Origin: a bacterium
Lineage (GTDB): Bacteria; UBA8248
Reading direction: 5' to 3'
DNA length: 64,000 nucleotides
Assembly (NCBI GenBank): GCA_965199855.1
Contig: OZ241326.1
Span: forward strand, 1,504,001-1,568,000
Under the pieces are notes generated by a model that did not search any database, was not told the origin of the DNA, and saw only the letters and a program-made list of their open reading frames with translations. Position numbers and translations under genes: made by a program. Shown piece by piece: positions 1 through 8,261 of the stretch (its first letter is position 1; every line of letters starts with the position of its first letter).

Positions 1-609
1 CGCCTCCTCGTAGGCGGCGGGATCGAGGTAGTAGTTGTCGATCACGAACGCCTGGCCGTCGTCGTTGGTCAGGCTGTAGCGGACGACCTCGCCCTCGCGC
101 GGGGGCCAGGCGCAGGTGCGCTCGATTCCGTATTTCGAGAGGTCCGCGCCCGGACGGGGCGGACGGCGAACGTTGTCGTTGAAGCCGACGAGCCTGCCCC
201 CCGGCCGCAGCGCGCGGAAGCAGGCGCGGGCGAAGCGCGCCAGCTCCTCCCGGGTGCGGGCGTAGTTGAGCAGATAGATGGCGGTCACGACGTCAACCGG
301 CTCATCCGGCGCGAACGCGCCCGCGTCCTCGTGAACGTAGCGGCAGCCCAGCGGCTCCTTCTCCTCCTGGGCGCTCGCCAGCGCGACCATCGCCGCCGAG
401 ATGTCCACGCCGGTCACCCGCGCCGCTCCGGCCCGCTTGAACGCCCGCGCGTAGATGCCCTCGCCGCAGGCCAGGTCCAGCACTGCCCGTCCCTGCAGAT
501 CGCCCAGCGCTTCGAGGACGGTGTGACGCTCGACGAAATGGCGGAATCCGAGCTGCTTGGAGTCGCGGTAGAGATCGGCGATGTCGTCGTAGGGCTGCTT
601 CTCGCTCAT
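1..609 (-). CDS. Class I SAM-dependent methyltransferase, ToxA-like (3' end runs off the window)
   Basis: Not in the ORF track because it has no stop in the window. Manual translation from the ATG at 609 gives MSEKQPYDDIADLYRDSK...VLDLACGEG...VTGVDIS...LLNYA...LRPGG, i.e. SAM-binding motif I and post-I. Confidence 0.85.
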   Translation of the reverse strand, partial: MSEKQPYDDIADLYRDSKQLGFRHFVERHTVLEALGDLQGRAVLDLACGEGIYARAFKRAGAARVTGVDISAAMVALASAQEEKEPLGCRYVHEDAGAFAPDEPVDVVTAIYLLNYARTREELARFARACFRALRPGGRLVGFNDNVRRPPRPGADLSKYGIERTCAWPPREGEVVRYSLTNDDGQAFVIDNYYLDPAAYEEA

Positions 610-682
610 GCTGCGCTCCCCACCTCGGCGCGCGGCGTCCCGCGCGGATGTCCCGGGCTCTGGCGGCGCGTCCGCTTTCGCG

Positions 683-967
683 TCAGCCGCCCTTTCTTTC
701 GCCGGAGCGCCGCGCCCTGCGCCACAGGCGCGCGAGGAGGCCGACGGCGGCCCCGTAGAAAAAGGCGTTCATCACGGTGATGACCGCGATCGCCCACCAT
801 GGGCGCTCGACGAGATTGTGAAGCGGCAGCGAGAGAACGACGCCGGGCGCGGAGAGCATTTCCAGCCCCGCGCCCAGGCTCGGAAAGCCCTCCGGCCGGG
901 AGCCCGTTTTCAGAAGAGGGGGGACGGCGCCCGCCGCGAACCCCAGCCAGAAATCGCCCGGCTTCAT
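683..967 (-). CDS. Small hypothetical membrane protein
   Basis: 94 aa with a hydrophobic stretch (WWAIAVITVMNAFFYGAAVGLLA); co-oriented between the VOC and methyltransferase genes. Confidence 0.5.
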   Translation of the reverse strand: MKPGDFWLGFAAGAVPPLLKTGSRPEGFPSLGAGLEMLSAPGVVLSLPLHNLVERPWWAIAVITVMNAFFYGAAVGLLARLWRRARRSGERKGG

Positions 968-1001
968 CCCGCCCGAACGCCCCGGAGGATGACGCCGCGC
1001 C

Positions 1002-1397
1002 TCATTCCGTCTCGAACATCGCCGTGGAGGCGACCTCGATGAGGTTGTTCTCCGGGTCCCGGAAAAAAATCTGCGGATACCCGTAAGGCTCGTCGTGGAA
1101 GGCGACGCCGCGCGCCCTGAGCCGCTCCTTCATCCCGTCCAGATCCTCGGTCACCATCCCGAAGTGGTGATCCATGTAGCCGTCCTCGTTGTCGCTGATG
1201 GAGTGGGAGACGTGCGTGTCGCTCACCTTGGCGAGGTGTATCTGGTGATCCGCTCCCGCCTCGAACCAGTAGCCCGGAAAGGGGAAATGCGGGCGGGGCA
1301 TTTCGGGCAGTCCGAGCGCCTCGCCGTAGAACCTGCGCATGGCGTCCAGGTCGCGGCAATAGATGCTGAAATGCTGAAGGAACTTGATCTTGGACAT
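1002..1397 (-). CDS. VOC/glyoxalase family protein
   Basis: Motifs QHFSIYCRDL..MRRFYGEALGL, QIHL, HHFGM and FFRDPENNLIE; GGAGG RBS upstream. Confidence 0.9.
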   Translation of the reverse strand: MSKIKFLQHFSIYCRDLDAMRRFYGEALGLPEMPRPHFPFPGYWFEAGADHQIHLAKVSDTHVSHSISDNEDGYMDHHFGMVTEDLDGMKERLRARGVAFHDEPYGYPQIFFRDPENNLIEVASTAMFETE

Positions 1398-1651
1398 CGG
1401 CCTCCCTCCCCGGGTGTCGGTTTCGCCTCAAGCCTAATTCTCTTTTCTCTCCCTTGCAAGGCGGGGTTTGCCGAAAACCGGAAAGCGAGGAGCGCGAAAC
1501 GCCGCCGGGGAGAATCGCCGGGAAAGAGCGCGCCGCGCGCCCGGTTCCCCGGTCCGGAGGCGCTTCGTGAAGCCTTCGCCGGAGCTCCGCGGGATATTCA
1601 AACGCCCGCGATTGTCGTATTCTGGCCGAAAAGCGAAAAGGAGGATTCGCC

Positions 1652-3055
1652 GTGCCGCGCCGGTTCGTGGTCGAGAACGCCAGCATTCTCACGCAGAACG
1701 AGAGGCGCGAGGTCGTCAGGCGCGGCTCCGTTCTGGTCGAGGACGGCCGCATCGTCCGCGTTTCGGCGTCGAGAATCGACGCGGCCGGCGCGGAAGTCGT
1801 GAACGGCGAGGGCATGGCGCTCATGCCGGGGCTGGTGAACGCCCACGCCCACGTCATGTGCATTCTGTTGCGGGGCGGCCTGGGGGCGGACAGGCGGCTG
1901 ATGGACTGGCGGCTGAACGTCATGGCGCCGGGCCAGACGGCATACGCGCCTGGGGACGCGGCGCTCGCCGCGCGGCTCTTCGCGTGCGAGGCGATTCGCT
2001 CGGGCGCGACCACGGTGGCGACGAACGAGCGGGTGCCGATTCCCTTGGCCGAGGCGATGATAGAGGCCATGGAGGATTCGGGGCTGAGGAGCGTATTCGC
2101 CCTGAGCTTCAACGAAATCCCGCCGGAGGGGAAGCTGGCGGCGCGGGCGCGCTCCCACCTCGCCGCCTGGGGCAAGACGTTTCCGCCCGGCCTCAAGAGC
2201 AGGGAGGAGATATTCGGGGAAATCTCCCACCTGGCGGAGAAATACCACGGCCGCGCGGGGGGGCGCGTTCTCGTCTGGCCGGGGCCGAACATTCCCGTCT
2301 ACGTGAAGCCCGAAACCTTCCGGGAGGTGGACGAGTGGGCCGCGGCGCGGGGGCTTGGCGTCTCCACGCACGTGGCGGAGGACCCGATGGAGTCCGAGGT
2401 GGGCGGCCTGCCCGTGGTGCGGCATCTGGCGGCCTGGGGGCTGCTCTCGCCCCGTCTGCTGGCGGCCCACTGCGTCCACGTGAGCGAGGAGGACATTCGT
2501 CTCCTCCGGGAGTCCGGCGCCCGGGTGGCGCACCTGCCCTCGAGCAACATGTATCTCGGCTCGGGCGTCTCCCCCGTGCCCCGGATGCTGGGCTACGGGA
2601 TTCCGGTGGCCCTGGGCGCGGACAACGCGAACTGCAACGACCTCGCCAACATGTTCTGGGAGATGCGGCTGGCCTGCCTGCTCCACAAGGGCGTGAACCA
2701 GGACCCGGCCGCCATCACCGCCCAGGACGCCCTCGACATGGCGACGCGCAACGGAGCGCGCGCGCTCGGCCTGGAGGAAGACATAGGTACCATCGAAGAG
2801 GGCAGGCGGGCGGACATGATTCTGCTCGACATGCGCGCCGCCCACACGCGCCCGAACCATCACTTGCCCTCCGTGCTCGTCTATCAGACGCACGGGACGG
2901 AGACGCGGTGGTCGTGGGTGGACGGCGAGCCGCTCATGGAGGCGGGGCGTCTGACGGGCGCGCTGGGAGAGGGGGAGCGCTCGATTCTGGAGGAGGCGCA
3001 GGCGGCCTCGGCCGCCATCGTCGAGCGGTCGGGGCTGGCGGTTCCGGGGGCGTGA
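1652..3055 (+). CDS. Metal-dependent amidohydrolase (AtzA/TrzA/MTA-SAH deaminase-like)
   Basis: Motifs PGLVNAHAH, THVAE, AHCVH and ALGAD; GGAGG RBS before a GTG start. Confidence 0.9.
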   Translation: MPRRFVVENASILTQNERREVVRRGSVLVEDGRIVRVSASRIDAAGAEVVNGEGMALMPGLVNAHAHVMCILLRGGLGADRRLMDWRLNVMAPGQTAYAPGDAALAARLFACEAIRSGATTVATNERVPIPLAEAMIEAMEDSGLRSVFALSFNEIPPEGKLAARARSHLAAWGKTFPPGLKSREEIFGEISHLAEKYHGRAGGRVLVWPGPNIPVYVKPETFREVDEWAAARGLGVSTHVAEDPMESEVGGLPVVRHLAAWGLLSPRLLAAHCVHVSEEDIRLLRESGARVAHLPSSNMYLGSGVSPVPRMLGYGIPVALGADNANCNDLANMFWEMRLACLLHKGVNQDPAAITAQDALDMATRNGARALGLEEDIGTIEEGRRADMILLDMRAAHTRPNHHLPSVLVYQTHGTETRWSWVDGEPLMEAGRLTGALGEGERSILEEAQAASAAIVERSGLAVPGA

Positions 3056-3136
3056 GGCGGCGCCTTCGCGCGTCCGCCCCCGGGCGCGACCGCGGTTTGG
3101 GCGAGGTTTGGCGAAGGCGGACGGGGAGGCGGAAAA

Positions 3137-4243
3137 GTGTTTGACGTTCAGATGGCGAAGTTCCAGATGGCGGGGCCCGAGGACGTATCGGGCCTGGCGC
3201 GGGCGGTGGCGGAAAAGCGGATTCGCGCGGAGGACATTCAGGCCGTCATCGCCAAGACGGAGGGCAACGGCCGGGTGAACGACTACTCGAGGCCCTACGC
3301 GCTTCATTCGTTCGAGGACTACATGATGGAGACCCTGGGCGCCTCGCGCGAACGGGTGCAGGGCATGTGCGCGATGGTGATGTCGGGCGGGTGCGAGGGG
3401 GTGATGAGTCCCCACGCGGTCGCTTTCTCCAAAACGGACACGGGCGCGGCCCAAAGCCCGGGGGAGAAGCGCCTCTCCATGGGCGTCGCCTTCACCCGGG
3501 AGCTGCTGCCCGAGGAGCTGGGCACGATGGCCCAGGTCGATCTCGTGGCCGAGGCGGCGGCCGAGGCCCTCGCCGGGGCCGGCGTCGATTCGCTCGACGA
3601 CGTGGGCTACGTGCAGGTGAAGTGTCCGCTGCTGACGTCGGACCGCATCAACGAGGCCGCCGCGCGCGGCAAGAAGGTGGCGAGCGCGGACACCACGCGC
3701 TCCATGAGCCTCTCGAACGGATGCTCCGCCCTGGGCGCGGCGGTGGGGCTGGGGGAGATCGACCGCGCCTCGTTCGCGCTGGAGGACGTGTGCGCCCGGG
3801 GCGATCTGTATTCGGAGATGGTCTCCTGCTCGGCGGGCGTGGAGCTCATGCGCTCGGAGGTCGTGGTGTTCGGAAACTCCTCGCAGTCGGTGAGCCGCTA
3901 CCGGATCGGCCGGGCGGTGATGCGCCACCTGATCGACGCCGACGCCGTCCGGGAGGCGCTCAGGAGCGCGGGTCTGTCTTTCGAGGGCCTGCCCGGGCCG
4001 GAGGACCTGGAAAGAGTCGCGCACGTGTTCGCCAAGGCGGGCGCGCCGTGGGACGGCAGACTCCTGGGCAAGCGCGTCACCCTGCTCACGGATTCGGTTC
4101 TGGGCACGAGGCCCGTACGCGCCGTGGCGAACGCCGTCATCGCCTCCGTGGTGCAGGACCCGGCGATCTACGTCTCGGCGGGGCTGGTGTTTCACCAGGG
4201 CCCGGTGGGCGGCGGCGTGGTCTCCGCCATCGTCGAGGCTTGA
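3137..4243 (+). CDS. Ring-opening amidohydrolase, cyanuric acid hydrolase (AtzD)/barbiturase family
   Basis: Family signatures KTEGNG, MSGG.EG..SPH, VQVKCPLLT, SAGVEL and HQGP.GGG. Confidence 0.92.
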   Translation: MFDVQMAKFQMAGPEDVSGLARAVAEKRIRAEDIQAVIAKTEGNGRVNDYSRPYALHSFEDYMMETLGASRERVQGMCAMVMSGGCEGVMSPHAVAFSKTDTGAAQSPGEKRLSMGVAFTRELLPEELGTMAQVDLVAEAAAEALAGAGVDSLDDVGYVQVKCPLLTSDRINEAAARGKKVASADTTRSMSLSNGCSALGAAVGLGEIDRASFALEDVCARGDLYSEMVSCSAGVELMRSEVVVFGNSSQSVSRYRIGRAVMRHLIDADAVREALRSAGLSFEGLPGPEDLERVAHVFAKAGAPWDGRLLGKRVTLLTDSVLGTRPVRAVANAVIASVVQDPAIYVSAGLVFHQGPVGGGVVSAIVEA

Positions 4244-4323
4244 AGGAAGGGCGGCGGGGACGCTTCGGGGCGCTCGTTTGCCCCAGGAATTTCACGCGGC
4301 AAGCGTCTGAAAGGATTGGCGTT

Positions 4324-4386
4324 GTCATTTTCATGACCCTTTCGGGCGTAAAAACGCTTGACACCGCCCCGGCCCGCCGCTAGACT
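4324..4386 (+). promoter_or_regulatory. Sigma70-type promoter with an upstream palindromic operator
   Basis: TTGACA (4358-4363), 17 nt, TAGACT (4381-4386); inverted repeat GTCAT-N4-ATGAC at 4324-4337. Confidence 0.7.
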
Positions 4387-4416
4387 GCGAGGCGCACACC
4401 ATAGAGGAGGGTTGTC

Positions 4417-4512
4417 ATGGCAAGAAGCGTGATGCTTTCCGCCCGTGAAACTCCTCGACGGAGGGTCCTGAAAACGGCCCATTCCCGAAAGAGGGTTCTC
4501 AAAAAACCCTGA
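4417..4512 (+). CDS. 31-aa highly basic small protein (alternatively part of an sRNA)
   Basis: AGAGGAGG RBS (4403-4410), ATG at 4417, MARSVMLSARETPRRRVLKTAHSRKRVLKKP*; lies between a promoter and a terminator. Confidence 0.55.
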   Translation: MARSVMLSARETPRRRVLKTAHSRKRVLKKP

Positions 4513-4565
4513 GCCGGCCCTTGATGCCGCCTGACACGGCGCATTGAGGGAATTCCGAAAAGCGG

Positions 4566-4601
4566 CAGGCGGCGTCCTCGGACGCCGCCTGTTTTTTTTT
4601 T
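4566..4601 (+). terminator. Rho-independent terminator
   Basis: CAGGCGGCGTCC-TC-GGACGCCGCCTG inverted repeat followed by T10. Confidence 0.9.
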
Positions 4602-4736
4602 GCGAGAGGGCCGAAAGGCGATGACGCGCCCGGCGCGCGCCATTCCGGCGTCAACCACGAAGGGCGGATCGGCGGAACCGGCGGATTTCGCATTCTCCCG
4701 CGCCGAAGCCCCGCGCAGGCGTCCCGGCCCGCCCGT

Positions 4737-5171
4737 TCAGCTCCCGTGAGGGGGGCGGGCCCGGTTCATCTCATCGGGCTCCTCGGCGAATTCCATGCGG
4801 TTCTTGATGGCGTCTATCGTGAAGTCCGCCATGTTCCCGGCGAGCTCGGGGTTCCACGGCGGATGGAACACCTCGAGCGCCATGCCCGGCTCCTCGCTCA
4901 CGAGCCGGAGCGTGTGCATGACGCCCGCCCGCACGTGCACCACGTCGCCCGGCCCGATTCGCCGCACCTCGTCGGCCAGCGTGAACTCCCACTCGCCCGC
5001 CTGGATGTAGAAGAACTCCTCGTGGTCGGGGTGGCTGTGGAGCTTCGAGGGCGTCCCCCCCGGTTCGGTGATGAGGTGCTGCATCTGGATGCGGTCGCCG
5101 AAAATCCTCCGGTGCGCGACTCCCGGCCGGTCGTGGGTGAGCGGGAGCATGTCCCAGTTGTAGAAGCTCAT
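4737..5171 (-). CDS. Cupin domain protein
   Basis: Cupin motifs LHSHPDHEEFFYIQAGE and GDVVHVRAGVMH. Confidence 0.9.
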   Translation of the reverse strand: MSFYNWDMLPLTHDRPGVAHRRIFGDRIQMQHLITEPGGTPSKLHSHPDHEEFFYIQAGEWEFTLADEVRRIGPGDVVHVRAGVMHTLRLVSEEPGMALEVFHPPWNPELAGNMADFTIDAIKNRMEFAEEPDEMNRARPPHGS

Positions 5172-5263
5172 GGCGCGTTCCTTCGGGTGAGGCGGGAAAT
5201 CGTCGGTGCCGAACGTCGGGGACGCCCGAAGCGGCCTGCGTCGCGCGCGGCGCCCCGGCGCGG

Positions 5264-5500
5264 CTATTCGCCCCGGGCGGGCGGCGCCTCCTCCATCGCC
5301 TCGTCATAGACTTGGCGCGCCTTCGTTCCGGGGAGGAGCGCGGAGGTGGTCTCGATCTGGTCGTCGATCTTGTCCTGAAGGCTCCTCTCGACGGGGACGA
5401 GATCCCCCCGCCGCTCCATCTCCTCGTATTCCTCCATGTAGCGCCGGGCGGAATCGATGCCGGCCTGCTGCTCCGGCGTCGGGTTCGGGATGGTCGGCAT
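5264..5500 (-). CDS. Small acidic hypothetical protein (78 aa)
   Basis: Start re-assigned to the ATG at 5500 (MPTIPNPTPEQQ...) after a GGAG RBS; composition looks like a real protein rather than an Arg/Pro-rich shadow frame. Confidence 0.6.
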   Translation of the reverse strand: MPTIPNPTPEQQAGIDSARRYMEEYEEMERRGDLVPVERSLQDKIDDQIETTSALLPGTKARQVYDEAMEEAPPARGE

Positions 5501-5700
5501 CAGTCGATCTCCTCCATGTTGGTCTGAATTGTATTGCCCTTCGGCTCGATGTTCAAGAAGCGGAGCCTCGTCCCCGCCCCGAAGAGCGCCGCGCCGGGAT
5601 TCGCGTTCGCCCGCCCGGCGGCTGGTCGTCCGCGCCGGGCTGGGATACACTTCGGCGATGGCGCTCTTTCATGACTTGTTCCCCCCGAGAGGAGGCAGAC

Positions 5701-7227
5701 ATGCGATTTTCCGTCGTCGCCGGCGAAGGCTTCGACCAGCGGGCGGACGCCCTGATTCGCCTGATCCCGCAGGACGGGAAGGACGGGCGGCTCGATGAGG
5801 CGCTGGGCGGCGCGCTGGCCTCCCTGCGCGCGCGCAAGGTTTTCGCGGGGAAAAAGGGCGAGGTCTCCTTCGCGCCGATGCCGGAGAAAAGCGGAGGGCC
5901 CGCCTTCGCCATTCTCGCGGGGCTGGGGGAGGAGACCTCGCCCGAGTCGGTGCGGCGCGCCTGCGGCCTGGCGGCGAAGCGCGCGCGCGAGGAGGGGCTG
6001 AGGAGCGCGGCGGTCTCGGCCGCCTCCGTCGTGGGAGAGAGTCTGGACGCGCGGGCGGCGGGTCAGGCGATTGTCGAGGGCGCCGCCCTGGCGCTCTACC
6101 GCATGGACAAATACAAGACCTCGAAGAAGGACGCGCCGGGCGGCCTCTCGCGGGCGATCCTGTGCGGGGGGGCGGACGCGAACCTGGGCGCGATGCGGAG
6201 CGGGGCGCGCCGCGCCGAGATTCTCTGCGCGGGAACGAACTACGCCCGCGACCTCGTCAACACCCCCAGCAACGAGAAGCGCCCGCCCGAGCTGGCGGCC
6301 GCCGCGCGCGCCATGGCGCGCCGGGAGGGCTTGAAGTGCCGGATCCTGGACGAGAAGGAGATGCGGCGGATGCGGATGGGCGCGATTCTGGCGGTGGGCC
6401 GGGGCAGCGCGCAGCCTCCCCGCATGGTCGTCCTCGAATACCGGCCCGAAGGCGCGAAGGCGCAAAAGCCCATCGCCTTCGTGGGCAAGGGCATTACCTT
6501 CGACACCGGCGGCGTCTCCATCAAGCCGAGCGGAGGGCTCGAGCTCATGACGACCGACATGAGCGGCGCCGCCGCCGCGCTGGGCGCCATGCTCGCCGTC
6601 GCCCGCCTGAAGCCCCGGACGCCCGTCGTCGGCGTGGCGGCGCTGGCGGAGAACATGGTGGACGGCGACGCCGCGCGCCCCGGCGACATCGTGCGCTCCA
6701 TGAAGGGGACCACCATCGAAATCCACAACACCGACGCCGAGGGCCGCCTCGTCCTCGCCGACGCCCTGCACTTCGCGCGCTCGCGCTACGCCCCGCAGTG
6801 CATGATCGACCTCGCCACCCTCACCGGCGCCTGCATGGTCGCGCTGGGCGGGAGAATCGCCGGCCTGTATGGAACGCACGACGAACTCATCGAGCGGGTG
6901 CGGGCGCTGGGCGAGCGCACGGGGGATCGCGTCTGGCACATGCCGCTCTTCCCCGAATTCGGCGAGGCGATGAAGGGCAGGATCGCCGACATGTGCAACA
7001 TCTCGGGAACGCGCTACGGGGGAGCGAACACGGCGGCCGCCTTCCTCCGGCACTTCGCGGGCGACACGCCCTGGGCGCATCTGGACATCGCCGGGCCCGC
7101 CCACACCGCGTCGGAGGAGGCATACAGGCCCAAGGGCGGCACCGGCGTGGGGACGCGGCTTCTCGCCGAGCTGGCGATGGAGTGGAGGCGCCTGCCCCGC
7201 CAGAAGGGAAAAGCCTACGGCTGCTAG
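5701..7227 (+). CDS. pepA: Leucyl aminopeptidase (M17)
   Basis: Motifs VGKGITFDTGG, NTDAEGRLVLAD and WAHLDIAG; GGAGG RBS before the ATG at 5701. Confidence 0.95.
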   Translation: MRFSVVAGEGFDQRADALIRLIPQDGKDGRLDEALGGALASLRARKVFAGKKGEVSFAPMPEKSGGPAFAILAGLGEETSPESVRRACGLAAKRAREEGLRSAAVSAASVVGESLDARAAGQAIVEGAALALYRMDKYKTSKKDAPGGLSRAILCGGADANLGAMRSGARRAEILCAGTNYARDLVNTPSNEKRPPELAAAARAMARREGLKCRILDEKEMRRMRMGAILAVGRGSAQPPRMVVLEYRPEGAKAQKPIAFVGKGITFDTGGVSIKPSGGLELMTTDMSGAAAALGAMLAVARLKPRTPVVGVAALAENMVDGDAARPGDIVRSMKGTTIEIHNTDAEGRLVLADALHFARSRYAPQCMIDLATLTGACMVALGGRIAGLYGTHDELIERVRALGERTGDRVWHMPLFPEFGEAMKGRIADMCNISGTRYGGANTAAAFLRHFAGDTPWAHLDIAGPAHTASEEAYRPKGGTGVGTRLLAELAMEWRRLPRQKGKAYGC

Positions 7228-7293
7228 GGTTTTTATACCGGTTTTCCGGCGCGGGGTCTCTCGTCTCCCGCCGCCGCGCTCCGCGTCCGCCGC

Positions 7294-8208
7294 CTACGCC
7301 CTCTCGGCGATGGCGCGCGCATGGGCGAGGACGTTCTCCGCGCGCTTGACCATGGCGACGTCGATCATCTTCCCCCGGAAGGAGACGGCGCCCAGCCCCC
7401 GCGCCTCGCCCTCCCGGTAGGCTTCCACCATCTCGCCGTAGTAGGCGACCTCCTCCGCCCCCGGCGAATAGACCTCGTTGAAGATGGGCACCTGCCGGGG
7501 GTGGATGGCCGCCTTGCCGGTGTAGCCGAGTTTTCTGGCGAACTCCGCGTCCGCCCGGCAGCCCGCGTCGTCCCGGAGGCGCATATAGACGCCGTCGGTG
7601 GGGTGCGGGAGGCCCGCGGCGCGCGCCTCGACCAGCACCTTGCTCCGCGCGTAGAGGAGGGTCGCGCCGTCCTCCGTCCAGGTCGCGCCCAGGCTGCGGC
7701 AGAGGTCGGCGTCCTCGGCGCTTCCCAGGTTCACCCCCACGACGCGGGGCGCGGCCGAGCAGATGTCGTAGCAGTGAACCACGCCCGCCGCGCTCTCTAT
7801 CTGCGCGATAACGCCGATGCCGCCCTCCTCAAGCCCGCGCTCGCGCTCGTATTTCGCCAGAAGCGCGTCGGCGGCGCGCGCGTCCGCCGCCGTCTCCGGC
7901 TTGGGGAGGAGAATGCCGTCCAGCCCTTCGGCGACGATGGCGTCGACGTCCTCCTCCAGCATTCCCGACTCCGCGTCGTTCACGCGGACGAGAATGGTGG
8001 CGGGGCCGCCCGGGGCGGCTCTCGTCTCGGCGATGCCCGCGCGCACGAGCTCCCGCGCCGCCTCCTTCATCTGCGGGGCTACGGAATCCTCCAGGTCGAA
8101 GAGCGCGGCGTCCGCCTCGATGCCGGGCGCCTTGCCCACCATCTTCTCGCTCGAGCCGGGGATGAAGAGCATGGAGCGCAGGGGGGTGTCGATGTCGGGT
8201 CTGGCCAT
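7294..8208 (-). CDS. CitE-like CoA-ester lyase (HpcH/HpaI aldolase/citrate lyase family)
   Basis: Motifs RSMLFIPG, DLEDSV, VRVN, IESA.GV and GKAAIHPRQ; start re-assigned to the ATG at 8208. Confidence 0.9.
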   Translation of the reverse strand: MARPDIDTPLRSMLFIPGSSEKMVGKAPGIEADAALFDLEDSVAPQMKEAARELVRAGIAETRAAPGGPATILVRVNDAESGMLEEDVDAIVAEGLDGILLPKPETAADARAADALLAKYERERGLEEGGIGVIAQIESAAGVVHCYDICSAAPRVVGVNLGSAEDADLCRSLGATWTEDGATLLYARSKVLVEARAAGLPHPTDGVYMRLRDDAGCRADAEFARKLGYTGKAAIHPRQVPIFNEVYSPGAEEVAYYGEMVEAYREGEARGLGAVSFRGKMIDVAMVKRAENVLAHARAIAERA

Positions 8209-8261
8209 GGTCGTTCGCAGCTCCTTGTGGCTTTCGGGGCCGGCGCGCGCCGGGCCGCCGC

